Positions 18,164 to 31,138 of a stretch of 64,000 nt of DNA are shown one piece after another. Position 1 is the stretch's first letter; each line of letters opens with the position of its first letter. Source of the stretch: a virus. Lineage: Duplodnaviria > Caudoviricetes. Location of the stretch: IMG/VR virus record IMGVR_UViG_3300021254_000027, positions 1 to 64,000 of that record. One strand, 5' to 3'. Both the position numbers and the translations under genes were made by a program. Below the pieces are notes generated by a model. It ran no database searches and had not been told where the DNA came from. It saw only the letters and a list, made by a program, of their open reading frames with translations.

Positions 18164-19309
18164 TTAAGCAGTTCGTACCCAAGCACATGCAGTAATATAT
18201 GGTTGCATATTATTATGCGCAGTACCAGATCCTGTAGTTCCAGACCATCTTGCCGCAAGACTCCCACCACGTCCAGCATCATAATCGTTTGAACCACCTG
18301 ATGATGATCTATTACCAGTACTATGTGAATGATTTGCCATTTCATAGACAGTTAAAGAATGAGCAGATTCTCCCCATTGTTGAGACACATCTGTTGTATT
18401 AAATTGATTATACATATTATCAATACGTACATATAAATCAACTACAGTGCTAATTCCATTTGCTGCGGAACCATTGGGCCAAGGAATACCATTCTGATAT
18501 ATAGCCATGGTCGCGAGTCCATACCACCAGTCTCCGCTCGTATTACAGTTTCCTACTGCACCAGCATTGCCATTTCGTGATAATACTAGTCCGCCCCAGC
18601 TGTTATAATTTTTCCAAGGTACATATAATCCTTGCAAATAATTACTTACAGTATCATTTTCATCCTCATATCCTTCAGTTTCTGTTCCATCTGTCATTGC
18701 TTTTGATACTAACCCTGGCGGAGGATAATGATATCTAAAATTAGCTCTTTGACGCCAACGTCCATTATGAGTATATTCGGTACTATTATCTAATCGGACC
18801 CAAAACTCATAAGCCTACGTTTCATGAGAAACTTGGCTGCTAAAATTTTCTAATCTAGACCAACATTTATCAGTAAGCTCTCCAGTATTTAACCAATTTG
18901 ATGCAGTAAATACTCCACCAGAAGAAGTATCCTAATGAAAAATATGATCCCAGTGTGATACGGTTCCATCAGCAAGTGTTAAAGTAACAGCTTCTCCTGC
19001 AATAGGATAAGAGTCACTATAACATCCAAGCGTATACCCACTTGGTAACTTACTCCAAGTTCCGCCCATAATCGACGCAGGATTGACGGAACTTGAAGTA
19101 GTAGTATATATTGACCCAACTGGATATGAAGCTAAGATAGCACTTGGAACCAAATTATTTATTGTAGTCTATAAATTTTCTCCACTAAAAGTTGTGCCAG
19201 AGACATTAGACCAAATATCATTCGCTATTGCACGAACTGATATAAAATCTTCACTTGCAATAGGATAAGAGCTGGCTGCAGCTTTAGTGTTTGTTTTTAA
19301 TGCTATCAT
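18164..19309 (-). CDS. Gp10_C-like protein with an inserted fibrinogen/lectin-like domain, paralogue 1 (381 aa, 3 TAG)
   Basis: YPVGSIY...GGTW [insert] GESAHSLTVYEMANHSH...AHNNMQPYITACAWVRTA; joins three track fragments in one frame. Confidence 0.8.
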
Positions 19310-19320
19310 AATTAAACTCC

Positions 19321-22300
19321 TTAACCAATAGGTATTAAATAAATGTCTCCAGCAGTTGCACTTGTCGGTAATGAAGCACGATAGAATATTCTTAAATTTT
19401 CTCGTGCACCAAGAGCTGTTGTAGCACCTGTACCACCTTGTGTAATTGCCCAAGGAGAAGATTTCGTTATGCTAGAACTACTAATAGTTAATGGACCGTT
19501 AAAGGTGATCGCGCCAGTAAACGTAATAGTATCAGAAATTGTACCAGCATTTAATGTAGTAGTTACCGGGTCTGAAATTGTACTTACAGTCGCATAACGA
19601 GGAATAGAAGATTTCTTTGTATTCCATTCACCAAGATCTTTATGGCCTTGCGCTGTCATTAATCCATGAATACTATCTGTCGCATCGCCATGATTAAAGA
19701 AATAAGGCTGACCATTAATAATTGGTGCAATTGTATAACCACCAGTTGTATTACTTAAAGATGATGCAGAACCAGATACGTATGTTGCACTTGTACCATT
19801 TACTGCTCTACTAGAACTAATAACAAGACCTTTTGTATTTGCTGCAGAAGCATTTGCTAGTGGAATATTTTCAGTAATTACTTGTGTTAATGTCTGAGTA
19901 CTAGATCCACTACCACCGCCGCCAATTGATGCATTTAATGCAGAACTAATAGCTGCGCCAAGACTTGTTTTTCCACCACCAGTTATAATTGTATCTGGAT
20001 CTTCATCCAATTCAACAGTCATTGCATGAATTAAACCGGTTTGTCCACCATTAGTATTTACATAATAATTAGTACCATCATAATATACAATATATTTACC
20101 TGCTGGTAAAGTATGATTAGATGCACTAGAAATTTCTCCATTTATATATAAATCTTTTGCTCCTGTGCTAGCAACATTTAATGTTAATTTTGAAGCTGCG
20201 CTATTTGCATATCTAAAAGTAATTTCAAAAAATGAATTTTCTCTTAGCGCGTAATATGATGCATTAGAAGAAGCTTTTGCTGCCGTTGCGGCTGCAGTAT
20301 TACACCATACAGAAGTAATAGTATATGTATTATTATAATCAGTGCTCATAAGCACCCAATATGTACCGTCATATTCAAATAAATGTGTACCATTTTGAAA
20401 CAATTCTGAAGCTGTATTTAGAGTATTTGTACCACCGCCATAATGTTTTCTTATATTACGTGCACCAGTACTATTAACATTTAATTTTAAACTAGCCACT
20501 GTTGCGCTATTAGTATTAGAAAAAGTTACAAAAATTAATGCTCCCCTAGTTAAATCTGTTGATGTAAAATCTGTACAAACAACTGCTTTTTCGGCTGTAG
20601 CTGCAGCAGTTGAACAAACACCATAAAAAATTTTAGCATTACCTGAATTTTTAGCAGTTAATATTTTTGTCCATGCACTCCAACCTTCACTTTGAGTTCC
20701 ACCATTTTCATTTTGGCGGAACAGCAAAGTATTATCACTTGCTAATACTTGAAATTTATCTGCTGTATGCCCAATCTATAAACCAACCCAATCTTCTCCA
20801 CTTGTAAGAGAAGTACCACTTAAAGTGCCTGATCCATAAAAAGCAAATGATCCATTGGCCGTATTAATAGTGGTTGAATTTACACTTATTGGCTCTTTAA
20901 CCTGTAAACTGCCATTTATATATGTTGCACCATTAGAATATAAAACATAACTACTATCAACCGAATTGCCGCCAATCATAGCTCGATCTTTTGCAATTAA
21001 CCCATTTGCTTTAACAGCAACACTTGTCTAATCCGTAACAAAATTAAAAGATGCCTCCATACCTGAAGTATCATTATAACGATTAAAAATTATTGCTCCG
21101 TGCTAAGTGCTATCGGCAAAACGAATTTGTGGTCCAGCATCTCCATAAGATAATTGACCTGCTACTCCACTTTTTAAATCAGCAGCTGCACTAAATGCTG
21201 TTCCTGAAATTAATAAGCCATCTATATAACCTGAAGCATTATCTGCTGAAGCATGGTTTAAATAAGTTACATAATTAGAATTTTCTAATTGAGTAGTAGT
21301 ACTTGCATATACAATTCCATATTGAGTCCAAGATGTTTTACCAGTACCGCCCTATGCAACAGTAATAGTATCTTTAGTTGTTAAAATTTGATAAGTCTTA
21401 TTTTCTGTTAATCCTGTAGTAACTCCAGGTAAGTTATAGGTTTCATGATAACCCGTTGTAGTTGTATTAGCCGTGCTGTTTGGACTATATTGCCGCCAAT
21501 AAAACATTCCTCTTGTAATATTTGTGGCATCACCAATATCATACCAATATTCACCGACTTTAGTACCAGCATTATTGAATAAAAATGTATCTCCAGGATA
21601 TCTATTTGCATTACCTGCATCATCATATGCTTTTCGTGAAAGATGTCCAAAGGTCTTACGTCCACAAAATTCTTGACTACTGGTTGTTATAATGCCGCTT
21701 TGTGTACGTGATGCTGCAGGAATCGCTGCACCTGTACTTTGTGTCTAACCTAATGTAGTAATTTTTAAAGTCGGGCCAGCAGTAGTGCCATTCGTCCAAG
21801 CAGAAGAAGGACTAATATTTTTCCATACTGGAGCTGCGGTACCATTACTTACAAGTGCCTAAGTATCTTTTGTTCCTCCACTTATAGGTGCATAGATACC
21901 TGTCTCATGACTCTATGAAGCTCCATTTATTGTTGCTAAACTATGATATACAGCACGTTCTGTTGTTAAACCAGTACCGGAGTCACTTAAAGCCCCATTG
22001 ACGGTTGCATCTTTTACTCCATAAGTTACTGCATTACCAAAAGCCCCTTTTACGCAATATGTAAGATTAGATTTATTATTTGATGATTGATAAGCTCCAT
22101 TCCAATAAGCTAAAGTATTTATGGTTGGAATATAAATATCTGTTGCAGCTGCAGTCCATCCTAAATTTCCAACAGATGTCATATTTTTAATAGCTCTTGT
22201 AGTAACTGCATTTGTCCCATTACCTATTAATAAAGCTCCTGAAGTAAAAGTGTTTGCTCCTGTACCACCTCGTGAGACAGGCAAAGTTCCAGATCCAATT

Positions 22301-22518
22301 ACACTTGCGTTTAAACTTGGTATATCACTTGCGCTTAAATAGCCCCAATATATTGAGGTACCGTTACTCATAAGTATATTTTTATCTGCTCCCGCGCCAT
22401 ATGTTGTATCATTACTAGCAATAGGAGCTAATAAATTAGTTAACTATACAGTAGTAGTATAGAGCGTATCAGTTACTCTGGCGCTCCCTTGTATTAATGT
22501 ATCTTTTAACTATGCCAT
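19321..22518 (-). CDS. Tail fibre protein (about 1065 aa, multiple TAG)
   Basis: GGAGG RBS; MA*LKDTLIQGSARVTD start; GGTG repeats; two C.TAAATA.K domains. Fragments 21913, 20776 and 19321 share one frame. Confidence 0.8.
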
Positions 22519-22530
22519 TGTAATTCCTCC

Positions 22531-24846
22531 TTAACGCTCTATAAATTGATTTGCGCCCCAAAAACCATCAGTTGTTGTATAAACATTTACCATCTAAACA
22601 TTATCGATACGTAAATATAAGTCATTATATCCAGTTGTTGTTACTGTACTTCCCCATCCAGGAATGCCAGACTAATATACAGAATAACTACCAACTGCGC
22701 CCCACCAGTTACCACTATTACCATTATTGGTGGTTAAGTAAGCAGAGCCTTTTTTGGCGTATAAACCACCCCAGGTATCAACAGTAGTGTATCCTGTTGA
22801 TGTATTTTTTATTATATTTTCTTTAGCAACTTCAGCATATGTTGCTAACATAGGATTTACTGTTTGCACCCAACGATATTTATTTTCATTAGTCTGCGTT
22901 GCAGTATATTTACTCTTTACCATTAATTCCCATTTATCTACTCGATCACAGCAATCAACATTAAACCATCTATTCTCATCAATATATACTCCATGGATAA
23001 AATCATTTGTAGAAGCAAAAGATCCTGCACCAGGATTATTATGATGATAAATATGCATCCAAACGCTGCCATCTGGTTCAATATATAACTTATTATCATA
23101 TTTAGCGATTTTTGCAAATTCTGTAATTTCATTATTACATAACTAACCACGTTTTGTAATTTGATTTTTATTATTTGAAACAATTTCATAGGTATGAATA
23201 TGTTGAGCATTATCAATCTTCATACTTACATTATATAACTATTTTATATCTGTGTCAAGTAATGAAGTGCAATAAATACGTAAATCACTTATATGCTATT
23301 TGATTTGACGCCAAACACCACCAGCTTTTCCAAGGCCCATACAAAAACTTTTCCAGGCTGGTAATGTTCCAGTCAATGCACTAGTCTATTTAAGTATACT
23401 ATCACAATAATATTTTACATTTGTTCCATCAAAAGTGATAGCATGATGATGCCAATTACCATTTTTGTTAAAATTACTAAAAATATTTACACGAGAAGAG
23501 CCATTATAAATACCGAATGTACTATCCCAGTTTGCGATAGCTGTGGTATTATAATCTGTTCCTTTTGTAGTATTGGTCTAAATAGTATTTGATGTTTCAA
23601 AAATACCGCCACGACCATATGCTAAATTTTTACCCCACCATGTGATAGTGATAGCATTCATCGCTGGCATTTCCATATTGCAATAAAAAAATTGCGCACC
23701 AGTTATAGTATTTGAAGAATTATCAACAGTAGTACCCATACATGAAATACAAGCATCATAACGAGAACTATCATTTGATATTGTTGTATCTACACAAATA
23801 CCATTATGATTATAGCCGCTACTATCTTCTATACTACCGGCAAGCGGAGTAAAATTAGAAATTAATCTTAAATTTCTTATGTATATAATATCTCCAGCTG
23901 TACCACCATAACATCTGGTTCTAAAAATTACCAGAGTAGAAGGAGAACCATTAATTGTTAAAGAATAATGTTGCCATACTGTTGTAATTGCAGTTTTAGG
24001 AGTCACCGCATATGCAGAACCATCAGAATTTCTAAAATAAACATCAAAAAACATATCTGCTGCAGTTCCTTTTGCATCGCATTCTACTCTATATAAAGTT
24101 TCTGAATTTGAAATTAAAGTTGTATTATAACCACTATCTGCAAAGGTATTACCACTAGAACGAGTAATAGAAAAAGTAGTATTAGAAGTTAACCAATTAG
24201 CATTTTGTAATGAGTCATCTAATTTATAATGTAAAACAAGTCCCTATGAAATTTCTTTAATTTCCACCGCGGAAAGACAGTGATCGTAGATGCGAAAATC
24301 ATTTAAATATCCATTTAATGTTGTTGTTCCAGTGCGACCATCACGGCCTAAATAATATGAACCATTAGTACGATTTTTTTCATTTAAAGTAATAGTATTA
24401 GTATATTTTTCAATACCGTTAATATATCCTTTTAATACAGTACCACTATAAGTAAAAACTACATGAGTCCAAGTATTAATTCCTACATTCATTGCTGAAA
24501 TTACTATATCTGGAGTACCCCAATACCAGCGAAGATTATGATTAACATTTAATTCAATATTAAAATTATTACCACCGGATACGCTATAATCACCTAATAT
24601 AATAGCCCGACTGCTATCAATTTGATTTACCCAAAAACATACACTAAAAGGCTGTGTACCACCATTTAGTATTTTATATAACTCATTACAATTCAATTCT
24701 ATATAACTACTACTATTGTCAAATTGATAACATTTTCCTATTTTCCCACTATTATTTATTGTAGCACCATGATTAGTGATTTCAATATTACTTATTCCTA
24801 AATTCTTTAAATCCCCATCAAGAGGAAGCCAAACTCTTAATGCCAT
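22531..24846 (-). CDS. LamG/ConA-like lectin tail protein with a C-terminal fibrinogen/lectin-like domain (771 aa)
   Basis: MALRVWLPLDG...WTHVVFTY...YING...LNDFRIYDHCLS..EIKEIS*GLVLHYKLD; second LamG (WHHHAITFDG...SDLRIY); three fragments in one frame. Confidence 0.82.
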
Positions 24847-24858
24847 TTGACTCCCTCC

Positions 24859-27800
24859 TTATGCAAAAACAAAATCAATAGATTCGTCAGTAGAATTATA
24901 TACAATATGTGCTTTTTCTGCATTACTAATATTAAATGCTACTGTCGGCGCTGTATCATTAACAATCATTTTTTCAACGATAGTATTACCAGTTGCCTTA
25001 TCTAATAATGTCATTGAATGCGCGACACTATTCGCCGTGTTATACTAACGAGCAACAATAGATTCTCCTGAAGCGCCATCATCACCAGTGGCAATTTCAA
25101 ATACAGTATCAGATTCTCCAGTCCCTAAGACACGCAACCAACCTACATCATTCGATGTTGTTGGGTTAGAAATCGCTAATCCGTCACCATATAGCATAGA
25201 TGTTTTAGCTGGCAAAATAATATTACTAGTTGTACCATTGCTATAGTTTTTACCAGCAGAAATAACCATAGGACGAGTAGCATTAAATTCCGCCGCAGTT
25301 AAACGACCAGGAGTAGTGTCTAAATAGATACCTGTATCTGCAATACCAGCTAATGCTTGCGCAGTAGCTGTTGGTGTAGTTGTTACACCAGTTATATATG
25401 CTTTAGAACTTGTATTTAAAGTAACATTCTATTTAGTATCTGTATCAGTATTAGGATTACTCGGCAACTTTGCTTTAATAGCTATGCCGCCAACAGTCGC
25501 TAATGTAACTTCAGTACCCCAAGATAATGTAGAAGTACCACTAGAAGAAGAAACACTAACTGTACCACTGCTAATACTTAAACCTGTACCAATTTTCACT
25601 CCGCCCAATACACTATCTGTAGCTGTTGGTAAAGTGTATTTAGTGTCTGGAGGGACTGTCCATGTACCATCTTCTCGTAAATATTTTGTAGTACCTGCAG
25701 TAGTACTTGGTGCAGGGACTAAACCTGCGGCAGCATTCGCACCAGACTTTACAAATACACTATATGTTGTATTCTGTGGAGTTTTGATTAAAATTGAGCT
25801 ACCGCCCGCGGTTAACTTATATGTAGTATTGGCAGTAAGTGTATTTAAATTTGATGTACCAGTATCTGTTGCAATAGATAAAGTGTGAGTATGATTAGAT
25901 GTTGCCGCGCCTACCTACGCCGCAGTTGGAGTACTCCATTCCCCTTTTTTATTTAACCATTGATTAGTTGTTGAAGTATCGGTTCCTAAAGCTAATTTTA
26001 CAATAGTACCATTTACTACATTACTTACTTTTCGACGATGATAAGTTGTAGTAGTTGTACCTCCACCAGCATATTGTGCAATTAAATAATCATCTTTAGT
26101 CGCTGGTGAAGTTCCTTCACCTAATCCATTAATTGCTGTGCTTAAATTAAGCCCTATTGTAATAGTGCCAGACGTTGTAATGGGACTACCACTAATACTA
26201 ATACCATCCGACCCAGAAGCCGCAACATTTGTTACAGTACCAGTATTAGCAGTTGGTGTTAGTCCTAATAAACTTGTAATATCACTTTTTCCTACAGCGG
26301 TCGTACCGGTAATATGGCCTTGAGCATCATATTTAACTTTATAAAAACCAACTGAACTTGTAGCTGTTACACCACTAGAATCGTGATTTAATACAATTCC
26401 ATTCGTTGCATCATACGTTAAAGTTAAATTAGTACCACCTAAATTAGCTAAAATTTGTTTTAAATAATCTGCTCTCATGACACGTGATGAAGTTGCAGTA
26501 CCCGTCCATGCTTCTTCTTTTGTCATTGCTGAATAAGTAGTATTAGAATCATAATAATTTAATACTCGCCAGCATCCACCAGTTATATTTGTAGTTGCTG
26601 CAGCTCCAGCTACTGGATACACCGTATTAGTTGCCCCATCACTATCATATACTAAAGTAATTGTAGTACCTACATCAAAATGAGTAGTTAAACGAGAAGT
26701 CCCACTAACACTAACGGGCTTATAAGTTGTTCCGTTATCAGTAGAAACAAATACACCATTGCCATGACCAGCTACTGGTACAGTAATAGTAATTATATCT
26801 CCTTCTGCCGGTGTAGCAGTAGAGAGATTAAATTTCCATAAAGCTGGTTTCCCATTAGTAGATGTGCTAGCATTATAAGCTACGGCTGCTGTACCTGTAC
26901 CAGTAATAGTTGGATGAAGAAATTTTTTAAGGGTTAAGTTACCAGTCATCGTATCTCCTGTTAAAGCAACTGCCCCAATATTCGCCGCCGTTAAATTAAC
27001 TTGTCCATTCCTATAATTACTTTCTGAATTTCCTTTTATGCTAGTAACTCCTGTATTATTAATTGTAGTATTTGCAATTTCAATACCTGTTCCAGCAGAA
27101 TAGGTTGTATCTGTCCAAGGGACATTAACATAAGCTTTTTCATTTGCTAACTATATTGGATAATTCTTACCAGATTGTGAATAACCTATTTTAATACCAC
27201 CAAGAGCATTACTTGTAGCAACAGGTAATGAATAATTATTAGAGGTCGGCATAGTAAAAATAAATGTACTACCACCAGCAGTTAATTTATATTTTTGGCC
27301 AGAAGCAAGAGTAATCTAACTAGTACCAGTGTCTTCAGCTAAAACCATTGTATGTGTGTGACCCTTTGTAGCGGCATAATCAGCATAATTATGATCATCT
27401 AATAAAGTAGACCAAATTGACCAACTTGGAGTTGAAGTCATACGACGAATATATGCATGAGCCGGGCTGGTAGCTCCTGATTCAGAAGAAATTAATAATT
27501 GCGCAGCATAATAATTATTAGATGTTGAACTCGCGCCAAACTATATAGTAGCGCCATATTCTGTCTCATTAGTAACTGGATGCGCAGCACCATTTAAAGG
27601 ATATATCCCTGCTGTAGTAGAAGCAGAAGAAAAATCTAAAGCAGTATATTTTACAGGCAAATAATCTGTTGCTGCTTTTGTAGCAATACTGCCCAATCCT
27701 AAATTGGTTCTTGCTCCAGCTGCAGTGTTCGCACCAGTACCACCATTAGCAACAGGTAACTTACCAGATACTCCTGGTCTTGGCGCTTCTGTAAAAATAT

Positions 27801-28314
27801 TTGCTGTAGAAGTTCCTTCAAGATCAACCAATAAAGCTGGAGCTGTAGTTAATCCAGTACCACCATTTGCTACTCCTAATTTACCAGTCACGCCAGGGCG
27901 AGGACTTGCAGTAAAGACACTTGCCGCAGTAGTTGATCCAAGATTTATAAGCATACTTGGATTTTTTGCTATACCAGTACCGCCATTTGCAATCGGCAAT
28001 ATTCCAGTTACACCAGGCCTAGGCGCCTCTACATATGGATTTGCGCCAGAAGTAGAAGTGAGGTCAACTATTAAGCTCGGTGTTTTAGTATTACCAGTAC
28101 CACCATGCGCGATAGATAATGTTTGAGTTAAATCATCGGCTAAAGCTGCATTTAATACAACACGGTTTGTGCCCAATACTGCATTAGTAGTGCCATCTCC
28201 AGCGACATCAATATAAAATTTGCCATCATCAGGAGTAAAATACGCATATCCTTCTTTTGCTTTTTGTGCCGCAAGATCTGCGGAATTACCTCGTTTTATT
28301 TTAAAGAGAGCCAA
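24859..28314 (-). CDS. Tail fibre protein (about 1151 aa)
   Basis: TTG start after GAGGTG; PRPGV.G.L..ANGGTG repeats; D.QGHITG; LP.AT...LGG.K; ends YNSTDESIDFVFA. Confidence 0.8.
27700..28120 (-). repeat. Tandem ~39-aa repeats (L.VANGGTG...P.LLVDL.....A..F...PRPGV.G) x3-4
   Basis: Visible in the translation of the 27541-28314 fragment. Confidence 0.8.
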
Positions 28315-28343
28315 TCTTCAGCACCTCTATTCTTTTCTATAAT

Positions 28344-28379
28344 AAAAAAAATGGCGGATAATATTTGATATTATCCGCC
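28344..28379 (-). terminator. Intrinsic terminator
   Basis: Perfect 12-bp stem GGCGGATAATAT/ATATTATCCGCC followed by a T-run on the - strand. Confidence 0.85.
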
Positions 28380-28389
28380 GATAAATAAA

Positions 28390-30516
28390 TCAGAACGTTT
28401 CCCACTTAATGCCAGAATAAATATCAGTTCCAGCAATTGTAGCAATCTTATCTCCAGAAGTATAGTCTGCTTGCTGAGATACATTCAAAGTATATGTAAT
28501 CTAATTATAACCGGTTACATGTCCAGTGCTGTCTACTGTAACAGTATCTGCTCTAAAACCAGTACCAGCAACAATAGTTGCATTATTAGTAGATTTAGAT
28601 GTAGTTGTACTATGTGAAATAGTAATAGCGCCAGCATCTGTATTGGTAATTGACAAACTAGAATTAGTTCCAACACCAATAGACGCCCATTTGCCATCAC
28701 CACGGAATAAATATAAGCGTTGGTCTTTAGTCGCAGCAGGAACAAAACCTTTTACGCCTGCGGCAGAAGCTGTAGCACCTTTATATGTACCCAAGGTAAC
28801 ATTGGCAACCGCGCCATTATAACTTTCTGCAGTAACACCATCTGTACCATTTAACAATAATGCATTAGTTAATTTACCAGCAGCTGTAGCAGTAGCAGCA
28901 TTGCCATCTAACTCACCATGAAATGTTAAAGCATATACATTTTTCCATTTTGCACTACTACTACCTAAATCATAACCAGCATTACTGCTAGCATTGGTTG
29001 CTGGTGTAATATTTTGAGCAGTAGAAGCTGCTGTTAATGCAACTCCACCAGCAAAAGTTTTCTTACCATTAAATGTTTGCTCAGCAGCACTTACTAAACC
29101 AATTTGAGCGCCATTGGCAAAAGGAAGTATCCAAGTAGTTTCGCCACTACCACCCTTCCATGCTCCAAAGGTATCTTTTGCTGCGGCATCATCAGATCCT
29201 AACTTAATAGTTAAACCATGTTGTAAATTAGTGGCAGTATTAGCATTACCTTCTAATGTTCCATGAAAACTTGTGGCATATACATTTCCCCATTTAAGAG
29301 AACTACTACCTAAATCATAACTGTTATTAGTTTTTGGTGTAATTGTCAGCATAGATGCATCGGCATCAACACTAAAAGCCCCACCAATTTGAACCGCATC
29401 ATTAAAAATCTTTTTACCTTTAAATGTTTGTTCATTAATAGAAACAAGTCCGGCAATTGCGGTTGTTGCTAATGGAACATTAAATTCTTTAGTAGAACCA
29501 GAACCATTATAACGAGTTTGTTCGACGCCAGCAATTTTTAATATTAATGAATTAGCAACTTTTTCTGCAACCGCAGCAGTACCTATAACGAATTTTTCTG
29601 CCGCGCCTACACCAGTACTATCATTATATTCAAATGTAGAAATACTTGCAAGAGGAGTTGCACGAATATTACCATTAGCATCATGAACCAAGTCTTGTTT
29701 AATATAGTATGTTTCGCCGCTTTCAGTAATTTTAACTAAATCACCCATAGTAACTTCGCCATTATTAATCGCTTGTAAAGCAGTTGCTTGATCGCCATAA
29801 GTATAAATACGCTCAATCGCTGCAGCTGGGATCATACCAAGTGGAATTGTTCCATCAACTAAATCATCTAAAGTGATTGTCATAGCAGAAGCGCCATACC
29901 ATGATTTAGTACTGCTTTCATTTTTAGCAAACGTTAATGCGTTAATTTGTTTTAACTTATCAGCAGTTGTTGCAGTAGTAGCATTACCATCTAATGCTCC
30001 ATGAAAAGTTGTCGCATATACATTCTTCCATACTGCTGATGTAGAACCTAGATTGTATTTATCAGTAGTTCCAGGAAGAATGGTACTCATTGTAGAGTCT
30101 TTTTCTGCCGCAACAGAAATACCATTATTAAATACTGGAGTTGCCGCAAATATTTTTACGCCATTAATATTTTGCTAACTTCCAGTAAGAAGACCCGCAG
30201 TATTACCATTAGCATATGGAATAATCCAAGTAACATCGCTAGCACCTTTCCAGTTTCCATTACCCAATCTATTTGCGGCAATTTCTTCACCTAAATAAAT
30301 TGTTAAACCGCCAGCGACAGAATTAGCTTTGCTAGACTAAATTTGGAAACGCTATGGATTAGCTTCTGTTCCTAAATCAAAATATAATGTAGCATCATAA
30401 ATACCAGACGTTGAAGTAGATCCAGTATGAACATACATTGAACCTCTTGAACCGGCACTTAATGATGGTAATTCATTAGTTTGCGGACCATAATGGACCT
30501 ATAATAATTCAGCCAT
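28390..30516 (-). CDS. Tail fibre protein with three YxLG....W.NVYA..FHG.L.GNA repeats (708 aa)
   Basis: GGAG RBS; MAELL*VHYG start; extends the 28501-30090 fragment at both ends; TGA at 28390. Confidence 0.8.
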
Positions 30517-30530
30517 TTATTTCACACTCC

Positions 30531-31115
30531 TTATACGTTGGTCCAATAAACCGTAGATTTCTGCTTTAATGCATCTACGATTTCGTAAAGGGGCTAACTA
30601 AATAATGACTCTTCTTTCGTAATGCCTTCATCAACACCGTATAAAATACGACCTTCTGCCTATTGAGTGCGCAAACTATATACAAACTCATTAGTATCAA
30701 GATTGATCGAATAAAAACGGATTGCGAACTTAATTGTGCCTGCCTTCCGAGTAGCGTCACCATGAATACACCAACCAAAGATAATTTTATTTGGATCAGT
30801 AATAATATCTTTTACTAATACCGGAGAGATACGGCTATCACCATTTGCATTGATATATTCAATTACGCAAGCCATTCGAGACAAATCAACCCCATCAAAA
30901 TAACGAGGCACTTGAAAATATATTGTTTCAGCATAATGGTCGCGTGCGACACTAAGGAATTTTGAATACCCGCTCTTTTGAATTTCAATAGAGCGGGTAT
31001 TCATATCAACATTCACAATTTCAGCATCGGATGGCACTACAGTAACTATGGTCTTTGAATTTGCTTGCATTTCAGCCAAAAGTCTAGCGACCTGATCTTG
31101 AGTTGTAGCAGCCAT
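30531..31115 (-). CDS. BppU N-terminal-like baseplate protein (194 aa, 2 TAG)
   Basis: V..DH.AE.IYF.VPRYFDGVDL...IEYINA.G...FGW.I...AT..AG.IKF pattern; read-through to TAA 30531. Confidence 0.7.
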
Positions 31116-31138
31116 AATTCAATGCCCTCCTTGTGTCA

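Noticed and set aside
27700-30090. Repeats as a CRISPR array, DGR TR/VR pair or shufflon
   Set aside because: The repeats are degenerate at DNA level and conserved only as protein. No spacers, reverse transcriptase or invertase are in the window.
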